DNA of 27,164 nt from a virus (lineage: Duplodnaviria > Caudoviricetes), in IMG/VR virus record IMGVR_UViG_3300005512_000273, positions 1 to 27,164 of that record; one strand, given 5' to 3'. Numbering within the stretch: position 1 is the first letter of the stretch; every line of letters begins with the position of its first letter. Under the pieces are notes generated by a model. The model ran no database searches, was not told the origin of the DNA, and worked only from the letters and a program-made list of their open reading frames with translations. A program made the translations under genes and the position numbers. Below are positions 6,686 to 15,371 of the stretch, one piece after another.

Positions 6686-8960
6686 ATGGTTTATCCAATT
6701 GATTCGAGTCTTGGTGCGTATAGCAACGACACCAACAACGGTCTTTCCGGCACATACATTCCGGAGATTTGGTAGTTAAAATGGCCAAATTAAAATTGAA
6801 TCTGAATAACGGGGAAGCAAAAGCCGACCCGATGCAAGCGAGAAAAACTCAAATAAACACCCAGAAGGGTTAGGCATGAGTGAAAAATACATAGCAGGGT
6901 TTATCGACGCAGACGGACATATCTCAATAAGGTGCCGGGTTAATTCAAAGCCGGACCTTGAGGTTTCAATGTCTCAGCGTGCAGACTTTCTCGATCCTCT
7001 TTATGAGGCGCAAGAAATGTTTGGAGGGGCCATAAGAAACAAATTTGAGGGGCAGCATTGTGAACTTCAAATAAGGTCCGGCCCTGCGAGGAAATGTGTT
7101 GAACGTCTTAAAAAATATTTAGTTGTGAAAAGATACCAGGCTGAACAATATCTCGGTATGGTAGATGCCGCACCGATTTTAAGATCGAAGGAAGAGGTTG
7201 TTTCTTTTAGAAAAGATGTTAAATCGGTGCGTCGAGTAGAGTCTCTCCCTGTCCAAAATTACCCAACAAGGAAATGGATGGCCGGGTATATTGACGGTGA
7301 CGGCTCATTTGGTGTGAAGGTTTGCAAGAAAACAGGGTATGCTTATCCAACCTTGTCAATATTGAGCGCTGATAATTACACGGCAGGCATATTGCTTCTG
7401 AAGAAGGCCTTCGGTGGAAGAATATGCAGGACAGGGACAAGCTATTTGTGGCAATTACAGCTCTCACAACCAAGCAAATCTAAGCAAGTCTTAGGTTATT
7501 TCACAAAATATTTAGAAAAGAAACAAGACGTAGCCCGTTTTCTTTATGAGTGTGCAAAGAATGGAAACTTCCGTGATGGAGAAGCCATTCGCAATATAGT
7601 CAAAACGCTCAACTCGCAGCAGCACAGACTGAGTGATTCAACCGCAACGGTTAAAGAGTCCATAAGCACCATTAACTTTGGCATTGTCAAAAAAAAGGTT
7701 GGCAGGCCGGTGGGTGTTATTGAAACACGACCAAGACGGAAGCGACAGTCGAAACTACAAGAATATGTAGTATGCAGGAAAACTGATTGAAAAATTTTAT
7801 ATGTCAACCGTGTTCGCCGCGATCAGCAACACTGATTATGAGGGTTAATGGATAATGGCTCTCACTAAATCCCGTGAATTGCTGGAACACCCTTATAGCT
7901 TGCTATACCACAACGTAACCGGCAACGGTAAGCGTGATGGTTTAAAAAATAGCGGGATTGGGCAATCAGCAGCCAAGCAGCCTGGTGACAGGTTGAAGGT
8001 TCAGAGACTAGATAAAGTAGCCTTGATTAAAGGTGAAATATCCACGAGTGCGGGACAATGTTTTGCTTGTAAACGGAAGAAACATTGAAGATATAGTCCG
8101 GTCTGCATGGAAACATGCAGGAGTCGGAGATAAACACTCCGAACGTAAACAAAACGGAAATTTCCTCTTACGGCGATAAAGTACAGATCAGGACCGTTCC
8201 TGATATCACCATTAACGATTATGAGATCGGGCAGTCTCTGAACTACGAGAAGCCACGATCCGACAACGTTGAACTGCTGATCGATCAGGGTAAGTATTAT
8301 GGCGTGGCCATTAACAGCGTTGAAAAGAAACAGTCAGATATCGACTATGTTTCCAAATGGGCAGAGGACGCAGCAGAACAGATGAAAATTGCCATTGATA
8401 CTGATATCCTGGCTGCTCTTCCCGCACTGGCTGATTCTGACAATGCAGGCACAACCGCCGGTTACATTTCCGGGAACATCGACCTTGGCGTCGCCACCAC
8501 GGACGGTTCTACAGCAGAAATCCTGCTGAAGTCGACAGTTGTCGACAAAATGGTCGAGTGTGGACAGGTGTTGACAGAACAGAACGTGCCCCAGACCGGA
8601 AGATGGTTTGTTATCCCTGCCTGGCTGGCAACCCGGATCAAAACGTCTGAGCTTTCCGAGGCCAGCTATGCCGGTGACGGTGTTTCCATGAAACGAAACG
8701 GACGGATCGGCGTGATTGATACCTTTGAGATTTTTGTATCCAACAACGTCTCTACCACCACCGAGACCGCCGTTACCTGTTACAGCGCATTGTTCGGGCA
8801 CAAATCGGCCCTGACCTTCGCGTCGCAACTGACTGAGAACGAGATGATCGATAACCCGGACGACTTCGGGAAGCTCATGAGAGGGCTACAGGTTTACGGT
8901 TACAAGGTCATTAAGCCTGAGTCCCTTGGGCACCTGTACTGCAAGGCGAACCTGACATAG
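6686..8960 (+). CDS. Major capsid protein, split by two group I introns: join(6686..6773,7775..7845,8157..8960), 320 aa
   Basis: AGGAG RBS before ATG 6686; the spliced product reads ...SGTYIPEIW-S-GKLIEKFYMSTVFAAISNTDYEG-EISSYGDKVQIRTVPDITINDY..., a contiguous MCP N-terminal signature (IPEIWSGKL, NTDYEGEI, GDxVxI); ends ...RGLQVYGYKVIKPESL. Confidence 0.93.
6774..7774 (+). mobile_element. Group I intron 1 (1001 nt, IB-like) with homing endonuclease gene
   Basis: Exon ends in U6773, intron ends in G7774; P1 ATTTGGT/GCCAAAT (6784-6790) with U-G at the splice site; P3 TTGAATC (6796-6802)/GATTCAA (7635-7641); P6a GCGAG (6838-6842)/CTCGC (7613-7617); P7 GACTG (7627-7631)/CAGTC (7746-7750); P9 ACTACA/TGTAGT; removal restores the MCP frame. 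Confidence 0.9.
6876..7790 (+). CDS. LAGLIDADG homing endonuclease, two-motif (monomeric) type
   Basis: YIAGFIDADG and WMAGYIDGDG motifs; starts in the P6 loop of intron 1. Confidence 0.93.
   Translation: MSEKYIAGFIDADGHISIRCRVNSKPDLEVSMSQRADFLDPLYEAQEMFGGAIRNKFEGQHCELQIRSGPARKCVERLKKYLVVKRYQAEQYLGMVDAAPILRSKEEVVSFRKDVKSVRRVESLPVQNYPTRKWMAGYIDGDGSFGVKVCKKTGYAYPTLSILSADNYTAGILLLKKAFGGRICRTGTSYLWQLQLSQPSKSKQVLGYFTKYLEKKQDVARFLYECAKNGNFRDGEAIRNIVKTLNSQQHRLSDSTATVKESISTINFGIVKKKVGRPVGVIETRPRRKRQSKLQEYVVCRKTD
7846..8156 (+). ncRNA. Group I intron 2 (311 nt, IA-like, no endonuclease)
   Basis: P1 TGAGGGT/GCTCTCA (7858-7864) with U-G; P AATTGCTGGAA (7877-7887), Q AATCAGCAGCC (7964-7974), R GTTCAGAGACTA (7999-8010), S AAGATATAGTCC (8088-8099); insertion between P7 and P3; P8 CAATGTTT/AAACATTG; P9 CTGCATG-GAAA-CATGCAG; terminal G8156; removal restores the MCP frame. 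Confidence 0.95.
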
Positions 8961-8980
8961 CAGTTATTTGAATACTGTTC

Positions 8981-9018
8981 ATGGACCTGGGAACCGCACT
9001 GATAACTCCCAGGTCCAT
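8981..9018 (+). other. Perfect 12-bp stem-loop after MCP (mRNA stabiliser, processing site or weak terminator)
   Basis: ATGGACCTGGGA-N14-TCCCAGGTCCAT; no clear U-tract. Confidence 0.5.
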
Positions 9019-9050
9019 TACCAAATTTAATAATCACGGGAGATAGAACA

Positions 9051-9467
9051 ATGAAATTGAGAATGATAAAAAAATTAGAGTCCCAGATCATGAACGCGGA
9101 TGACTTCACGGATGCCACCGAGACCACTGGTACACTGGCATTTGATGACAAACTGCCGGTCGGGGCCATGGTCCTCGGCTGGAAGGCTGTCGTAACCGGG
9201 GCCTTTACAGGTGATACGTCCTGCCTTCTTTCGGTTGGGATTTCGACTGATGCGGACAAGTTCTCGGCAGACACCACAGAGAATATTTTTGCCGCTGGAA
9301 CATATGGGTCCCTTGCTTTGGCCGCTGATGCGGTAACAGGGCTCGGAGCAGAGATGACCCCGTTTGTCACGATTACCAGTGCCACCAACATGACGCTGGT
9401 TATTGCCGACGGGACAGGACAGATGGTCGTCACCCTGTATTACATCGACACCGCAGAGGACGATTGA
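9051..9467 (+). CDS. Putative capsid decoration/minor head protein
   Basis: Follows MCP; T/A/G-rich beta-type sequence LPVGAMVLG..VVTGAF.G.....LSVG...D.D.F. Confidence 0.6.
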   Translation: MKLRMIKKLESQIMNADDFTDATETTGTLAFDDKLPVGAMVLGWKAVVTGAFTGDTSCLLSVGISTDADKFSADTTENIFAAGTYGSLALAADAVTGLGAEMTPFVTITSATNMTLVIADGTGQMVVTLYYIDTAEDD

Positions 9468-9554
9468 TTTGTTTATGACAAGGCCGCTACCTTGACCATT
9501 GGAAGGGTGTAAAAGCCCTTCCTAAAACCTTAACCCAAATGAAAGGACACATGG

Positions 9555-9995
9555 ATGAAGTTTTTGAGGAACAAAGAAACCGGCCAGGTTCTGCACTGGA
9601 ACCCGCAAATGGCGAAGCTGAAACAAATGGTGCCGTGTGAACCGCCCGTTGTAAGCGGGAAGCCTCCTGCAGCCGCAGAAGAAAAGGAACTGCCGCCTGT
9701 TGTTGAGATTGCTATCCCTCCGGACCCTCCGCCTGAACCGGAAGAAAACCCGTACTTGCCCAAAAAAGTGGCGGCCAAGCTGGTTCACAAGTGGTTCAAC
9801 CGGTCGGTTGATCGTGTCAAAATAAAGGAGTTTTACAAGTTTGCCAAAGAGCAGACCGGTAAAGACTTCCCTGAAAAGCTGACCAAATTGCAATTGGTGA
9901 CCATGCTCAACGAAGAATTAACCGCGTCATGCGTCGAGCGCAATCAATGGGGACGCACAGGAGGGATAGGCCATGGCTGTTTATACCGCCGGTGA
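9555..9995 (+). CDS. Hypothetical virion-module protein with Pro/Glu-rich linker
   Basis: AAAGGA RBS; 146 aa; between decoration-like and adaptor genes. Confidence 0.55.
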   Translation: MKFLRNKETGQVLHWNPQMAKLKQMVPCEPPVVSGKPPAAAEEKELPPVVEIAIPPDPPPEPEENPYLPKKVAAKLVHKWFNRSVDRVKIKEFYKFAKEQTGKDFPEKLTKLQLVTMLNEELTASCVERNQWGRTGGIGHGCLYRR

Positions 9996-10620
9996 TGTTA
10001 TCACCATCTTGGGCCAGCAGTTACACGACGTCGGCCAGGACATCTGGACCGAGGCGTTATTGTTGACGTATATGTCCGAGGCACAGAACCATATTGCATT
10101 GTTACGGCCGGACTCAACGGCAGTTGTGGAACCGTTTACACTGGCCGAGTCTGCAAAACAGACCATCCCTGCCGGCGGGGTCCAGTTTTTGAACTGTATC
10201 CGGAACCTTGGCGCGGGTGGCACGACCCCTGGCAGACACATCAAAAGAACCACAAGGGACGAGATCGACGGGTATTACCCGGAATGGACGTCGACTGAAT
10301 CTGCCACGGCCATCAATCGGTTCATTTATGAAGCAGAATCCCCAAAGGTGTTCTGGGTGTACCCGACACCGAGCGTAGCCACGCTTTCCGTTGAGCTTGC
10401 TTATTCGAAGTCCCCCACGAAGCTGACAGATACGGAAGATGACATCGGGGTTGACGATACCTATGTCACGGCGCTCATTGAATGGGTGATGTACCGGTGC
10501 ATGTCCATGGAGGGTGCCGGTGCCAGCGTGGAAAAGGCGGCCCGTCACCATGCCAGTTTCTATGGGGCACTCCAGGGGAAATTACAGACGGACCAAGTAC
10601 TTAAAACCGAAATGAGGTAA
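9973..10620 (+). CDS. Head-tail adaptor-like protein
   Basis: 215 aa; WTEALLLTYMSEAQ..IA..RPD, FWVYP.P, ALIEWVMYR motifs of podovirus adaptor proteins; position. Confidence 0.7.
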   Translation: MAVYTAGDVITILGQQLHDVGQDIWTEALLLTYMSEAQNHIALLRPDSTAVVEPFTLAESAKQTIPAGGVQFLNCIRNLGAGGTTPGRHIKRTTRDEIDGYYPEWTSTESATAINRFIYEAESPKVFWVYPTPSVATLSVELAYSKSPTKLTDTEDDIGVDDTYVTALIEWVMYRCMSMEGAGASVEKAARHHASFYGALQGKLQTDQVLKTEMR

Positions 10621-10623
10621 AAA

Positions 10624-11178
10624 ATGACAGCATTCAGCGACTTTTACCCGTTCATTCGTCCAGACATTCCCGGGTGCCTTGAGTCGGCGTTTGATGCCGA
10701 ACTTCTCAGAATCAGCAATCATTTTTGCCAGAACACCTGGGCATGGCGGTATGACACCACGGAATCCGTATCAGAAGACGATGAAGAAATTTATGTCATG
10801 GCTCCTTCCAGGTCCATCCTGATCGGTGTGGTATCGGCCAAGGTGAATGATGTCAACTTTTATGATTTCACAATCAGCAGTGATAACACCATTGTCCTTG
10901 ATTCTTCCGCGACCAGTGATTTCAGTATTGTGTTTGAACTGGCTTTAAAGCCTGCGATGAATTCAACGACCCTGCCGGATGTCCTGTTTGATGACCACCT
11001 GGACGCCATTGTGGCGGGGGTAAAACGGAACCTGTTCATTTCCCCTAAGAAATCATGGACAGACCCTTCTTTGTCGGTCCATTACGACCGGATTTACCGG
11101 GCGGCCGTATCGGAAGAGAAGATCAACGCGTCAAAGGACGCAAACCTTGTCCGTGTCAGAAGCATAGGATGGGTGTAA
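10624..11178 (+). CDS. Second adaptor/tail tubular A-like protein
   Basis: 184 aa; F.DFYP.I.PD.PGC, FC..T..W, LKP......LPD.LFDD..DAI..G, P.K.WTDP motifs; GAGG RBS. Confidence 0.65.
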   Translation: MTAFSDFYPFIRPDIPGCLESAFDAELLRISNHFCQNTWAWRYDTTESVSEDDEEIYVMAPSRSILIGVVSAKVNDVNFYDFTISSDNTIVLDSSATSDFSIVFELALKPAMNSTTLPDVLFDDHLDAIVAGVKRNLFISPKKSWTDPSLSVHYDRIYRAAVSEEKINASKDANLVRVRSIGWV

Positions 11179-11181
11179 ACC

Positions 11182-12801
11182 ATGATTGATATCGGCATTT
11201 TTAAAGGTGAGGTCCCAAGAGTAGCGGATAAGTTATTGCCGGTTGAATATGCGTCGAGCGCAATCAATTGTGACCTGGAGTCCGGGAACCTTCAGCCGTT
11301 GAAGGGGGTGTCTTCGGTCCAGGATGTCGGCGCCACCTGCACCAGTATTTATAAGATGTCAACGTCATACCTTCAATGGGCGGCCAATGTGAACGTGGTC
11401 AAGTCCCTGGTGGCCGATTCAGGCAACCGGATCTTAATATCCGGCGACGGGTACCCAAAAGAGACAAACGCTTCCCTTGCCATAGGATCAGGCACGTATC
11501 CGTCGGCCACAAGGCGGCTTGGCATACCGGCCCCGACCAATGCCTTAACCGTCACGTTGAACGGCACTGCCGGGGAAGATATCGTTCATTCTTCATCCTA
11601 CGTGTATACCATTGTCGGAGAATGGGCAGACGGCAGCGTGGTGGAATCGGCCCCGTCTGTTGCAACCGATGTCTTTGATGTTTATTCAGACATAACCCCA
11701 CGGTTGACAGGTTTTGTGGATGCGACCGCCACAGGGGTTTACACCACACATTTCAGGATATACCGGCTTAATTCAGGCACCACTGGTGCGGAATATCAAT
11801 ATGTGGATGATATCGCCGTCACGGAGACATACCTTGACGATACCGTCCTCGATGCAGACCTGGGAGAGGTCTTGCCCACCACATACTGGACAGCTCCGGA
11901 ATCGACCCTGACCGGATTGATTGCCACTTCCCACGGGCTGGTGTTCGGGTTTGACGGCAACACGATTTACCCGTCTGAAATCTTTATTCCCTATGCCTAC
12001 CCGTCTATTTACAGCCTGGTGACGGAATCTGACATTGTTGGTCTTGGATATACCGGAAGCCTTGTGGTGGTCCTGACTGAAACGGTCCCATATATGCTGA
12101 TCGGCCAGGAACCGGAAACATTATCATTGCGGCGGCTTGGGCATCCTCAATCGTGCGTGGCGGCCCGGTCTATCGTGAATATACCCGGGGGCGTCGTGTA
12201 TGCCAGCCCGGACGGCTTATACAAGATAGACGAGTCCGGCCTGGGGACCCTTGTTACCCGGAACGTCATGACCAAAGAACAATGGAAAGCTTTAATCCCG
12301 GCCAACCTGATCGGATTTTTGTATGATGAATACTATATCGGTTTTTTCTCCGGGACCACAGCAGGGTTTTCTTTGAACCTGAATTCAGGCGAATACAAAA
12401 CCATTGCCATGACCCAGAATGTCTATGGGGGGACCTACTCGCCTGAATCTGACCTGCTGTACCTGATCCAGGCGAAATCCTCTGTCCGGGAGATTGTTTC
12501 CTGGCAATCCGGCAGTGATCTTGACTACACCTGGATATCCAAGATTTTCACGTCAACTGTCAGGGAGGTTTATACGGCCTGCAAGGTGTGTGGGACATTC
12601 ACGGCCGGCAGCGTAACCCTGAGCTTCTACGTTGACGGTGTCCTTGGCGGCACAAAGGTCGTCACCAGCGACAGTATTTTCAGGATTAATATCAAGGGGT
12701 GTACGTCGTTCCATGTAAAGGCCGTCGGCAAAGCCACGATTGACAGAATCCTGGTGGGCGGGTCAGTGAACGAAATCGTGGAGATACTTGAAAATGTCTG
12801 A
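11182..12801 (+). CDS. Tail nozzle/tail tubular B-like protein
   Basis: 539 aa beta-rich; FKGEVPR...LLP...A..A.NC...G.L.P start, RIYR, SE...PYAYP..Y, VVYASPDGL. Confidence 0.75.
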   Translation: MIDIGIFKGEVPRVADKLLPVEYASSAINCDLESGNLQPLKGVSSVQDVGATCTSIYKMSTSYLQWAANVNVVKSLVADSGNRILISGDGYPKETNASLAIGSGTYPSATRRLGIPAPTNALTVTLNGTAGEDIVHSSSYVYTIVGEWADGSVVESAPSVATDVFDVYSDITPRLTGFVDATATGVYTTHFRIYRLNSGTTGAEYQYVDDIAVTETYLDDTVLDADLGEVLPTTYWTAPESTLTGLIATSHGLVFGFDGNTIYPSEIFIPYAYPSIYSLVTESDIVGLGYTGSLVVVLTETVPYMLIGQEPETLSLRRLGHPQSCVAARSIVNIPGGVVYASPDGLYKIDESGLGTLVTRNVMTKEQWKALIPANLIGFLYDEYYIGFFSGTTAGFSLNLNSGEYKTIAMTQNVYGGTYSPESDLLYLIQAKSSVREIVSWQSGSDLDYTWISKIFTSTVREVYTACKVCGTFTAGSVTLSFYVDGVLGGTKVVTSDSIFRINIKGCTSFHVKAVGKATIDRILVGGSVNEIVEILENV

Positions 12802-15061
12802 TCCCAATATCCCCAATATCCCCCCGTCTGCCCCTGCAGACCATGTGTCTTTTTTCACGTCCGTCAAATCCTGCATCGAGGCATTGTCCGGTCAGGGCCG
12901 CAACACCGACGCAAACCGGGCCGTCCGGGTGAGTGACCTTGCAAGGCTTGGTATTGACATCGGCATGTTCTTGAGAAGCACGTCAACCAACCCGTATGAT
13001 ATTGTGACGCCTGACACGGAATCAGAATCTGAGGAAACCCCGGACCCTCCGGCAAATCTTTCCGTTACAAAATACACCTTTTCCCATGAGCTTGAGTGGG
13101 ATAACCCGGACGATCCAATTGTCTCTCACATCGAAATATGGATTGCTGAGAACAGCCAGGACAAAGAGGACGCCGTTTTAAGGGGCCTTGTGACTGTAAC
13201 GGAAGCATTAATGGGAGAGAAGGGGTATTATTCTTCAAAAAATTTCCCCATAACCAGCGATATGACATACTGGATACGATCTGTCAGCTTTGCGGGGAAC
13301 CATTCGGAGTGGTGCCCTCCTGACGCAATGGGCGGGTATGTGGTAACCGGAGTTGATTCTATCGGTGAGGCCATTGATAACATATTGGAAATACTAACCG
13401 GTGAAATTACAGAGGATGAGCTATATCAGGATCTGAATAGCAGGATTGATTTGATTGATACCCCTGGCACGGGGTTAATAGATCGGATGGATACGGTTGA
13501 AACCGATACTGGGACGAATGCAGCGGCAATCGTTACGGAACAAAATACACGGGCTAACGCGGACAGCGCATTATCATCAAGCATTTCAACCGTGCAAACG
13601 ACAGTCCAGACGAATGCAGCGGCAATCGTTACGGAACAAAATACACGGGCTAACGCGGACAGCGCATTATCATCAAGCATTTCAACCGTGCAAACGACAG
13701 TTAACGGTCATACCACTTCCATCCAGACGAATGCCACATCAATTGATGGTATCGAAGGAAAATATACCGTCAAAATTGACAACAACGGTTATGTTACTGG
13801 ATATGGATTAATTTCAACGGATAACGACGGTACGCCAACCAGTGAATTTATTGTCCTGGTAGATGAATTTAAGATTGTTACTCCCGGCAAAGCAGTGCAA
13901 GTGCCTTTTATTGTTGGGAATGTTGATGGAGTTTCAACAGTAGGTATCAATGGCAATCTGGTGGTGGATGATACGATATTGGCCCGGCATATCCAGGCAG
14001 AGCAGATCAAAGCCGAGCATATCCAGGCAGAGCAGATCAAAGCCGCGCATATTGATACCGCTGAATTATTCTCCATGATTGTCCAGAGTGAGGGCTATGT
14101 GGCAACGGGAGAAAGTAATCCTGCCGGCTTTAAAATTGATGGCCCCAATAAAACATTTGATATGGCAGGCTTCACATATGATGCGACAAATGGCCTTCAA
14201 ATAACGGATCCCAATAATGACCTGAGCATTAAATGTGTCAACCCAACAGACGGAAAATATTGTCAATTAAATGCTGGAGACCTGTCTTTTTTTCAGTATC
14301 TTGCCAGCGATTACCGTCTGACAAAATCGCTGAAACGGATAGATATCGGAACCGCCAATTCAGGCGATACTGTAACGCTTGAGGGATATTGGGAAGGAGT
14401 ACCCAATGTTTTTTGTTTTCCGGCCACGCTTGGCGTTTATGATGCTGGTTATCCGCTTCAAAGCCAAACACTTAGAATTGCTGCCGAGAATATCCAGGAA
14501 ACCGGGACAGGAACAGATAGATATCAATTTGATGCTGTTGCAGAATTGATCAATGCGGATGGCAGTGCTGGTGATTCGATTGCTCATACCTCTTCCGGGA
14601 CAACATCAACCGTAACCTGTTCGAGTCATGCGTTAGGTGTTTCAAACGTCAAACAAGTGACCTGTAACATTAGTGCAAAAGGATATTTTAAAGATTACAG
14701 GGGTTCACGTGACGGGTTTTCAGAATATCAATACAAACAACTCTATGTGACTGCTCGGCTGGATTATTATAATGGTTCATCCTGGGTGTTGGGGACACCG
14801 AGTTACTCCCAATTATCTATTAATAATGGGAATGTTTCATGGACCTTGTCAACAGCAGTATCAACACCTGATATTACCCATGTGAGAGCGTCGGTTATCC
14901 GAGGGGCTACTAATAATTATGTGTATGCCACCACCAACAACGAACCAGAAGGGGGCGCTGATTCATACCCCATCCAGGTGACGTTAACCAACTGGTCAGC
15001 TGATTTATCAGGCTTTGAAACCTATGCGGAAGGGTCTCTTGTCTATGTCGCAATTTTATAA
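12794..15061 (+). CDS. Tail fibre/host-specificity protein with FN3-like region, coiled-coil repeats and DUF1983-like domain
   Basis: PDPPANLSV...YWIRSVS..GN.S (FN3-like); EQNTRANADSAL repeats; KYTVKIDNNGYVTGYGL...SEFIV..DEFKI...PFIV; ATG 12794 preferred over TTG 12788 from GGAG spacing. Confidence 0.8.
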   Translation: MSDPNIPNIPPSAPADHVSFFTSVKSCIEALSGQGRNTDANRAVRVSDLARLGIDIGMFLRSTSTNPYDIVTPDTESESEETPDPPANLSVTKYTFSHELEWDNPDDPIVSHIEIWIAENSQDKEDAVLRGLVTVTEALMGEKGYYSSKNFPITSDMTYWIRSVSFAGNHSEWCPPDAMGGYVVTGVDSIGEAIDNILEILTGEITEDELYQDLNSRIDLIDTPGTGLIDRMDTVETDTGTNAAAIVTEQNTRANADSALSSSISTVQTTVQTNAAAIVTEQNTRANADSALSSSISTVQTTVNGHTTSIQTNATSIDGIEGKYTVKIDNNGYVTGYGLISTDNDGTPTSEFIVLVDEFKIVTPGKAVQVPFIVGNVDGVSTVGINGNLVVDDTILARHIQAEQIKAEHIQAEQIKAAHIDTAELFSMIVQSEGYVATGESNPAGFKIDGPNKTFDMAGFTYDATNGLQITDPNNDLSIKCVNPTDGKYCQLNAGDLSFFQYLASDYRLTKSLKRIDIGTANSGDTVTLEGYWEGVPNVFCFPATLGVYDAGYPLQSQTLRIAAENIQETGTGTDRYQFDAVAELINADGSAGDSIAHTSSGTTSTVTCSSHALGVSNVKQVTCNISAKGYFKDYRGSRDGFSEYQYKQLYVTARLDYYNGSSWVLGTPSYSQLSINNGNVSWTLSTAVSTPDITHVRASVIRGATNNYVYATTNNEPEGGADSYPIQVTLTNWSADLSGFETYAEGSLVYVAIL
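13513..13701 (+). repeat. Tandem repeat, 96-nt period, two identical 93-nt copies (32-aa unit)
   Basis: 13513-13605 = 13609-13701, encoding TNAAAIVTEQNTRANADSALSSSISTVQTTV. Confidence 0.95.
13987..14045 (+). repeat. Tandem repeat, 30-nt period (HIQAEQIKA x2)
   Basis: GCATATCCAGGCAGAGCAGATCAAAGCCG at 13987 and 14017. Confidence 0.9.
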
Positions 15062-15064
15062 GGA

Positions 15065-15370
15065 ATGGCAATGCTGAAAACCGATTTAAGGAAAAAGGTT
15101 AAAGAAACGGATGAAATCCTTAACAAGGCCATCCAGGAGTACCTTGACGGCAAACACTACCGGGGGGACCCGACGACCATTGCCCAATGGAGACTTGCGA
15201 ACTATGAAGATTTGAGACGATGGTCTTATCCCCCGATAACAGAGTACCTGGATGCACAGCTAAAGGTCAGAGACAAGCTTGCTATCAACAAAAAAAATGA
15301 AGGGACGGCGCAGATTGAGACCTATGACGATAAATGTTGGGCCGTAAAATACCGGTTCCCAAAGGAATAG
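15065..15370 (+). CDS. Tail fibre assembly chaperone-like protein
   Basis: Directly after the fibre; YEDLRRWSYPPITEYLDA...CWAVKYRFPK matches the R..YP.I...LD...VK..YPK pattern of fibre-associated small proteins. Confidence 0.6.
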   Translation: MAMLKTDLRKKVKETDEILNKAIQEYLDGKHYRGDPTTIAQWRLANYEDLRRWSYPPITEYLDAQLKVRDKLAINKKNEGTAQIETYDDKCWAVKYRFPKE

Positions 15371-15371
15371 C

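Noticed and set aside
6558-6779. 73-aa ORF over the scaffold end and exon 1
   Set aside because: Out of frame with both; the real start is ATG 6686 with an AGGAG RBS
7855-8088. 77-aa ORF as an intron 2 endonuclease
   Set aside because: It overlaps the P/Q/R core elements and has no nuclease motif
8115-8960. 281-aa ORF as the complete capsid gene
   Set aside because: Its first 14 codons lie in P9 of intron 2, the ATG is inside a hairpin, and the conserved N-terminus is in exons 1 and 2
9501-9522. GGAAGGGT/GCCCTTCC hairpin as an intrinsic terminator
   Set aside because: No U-tract follows on either strand
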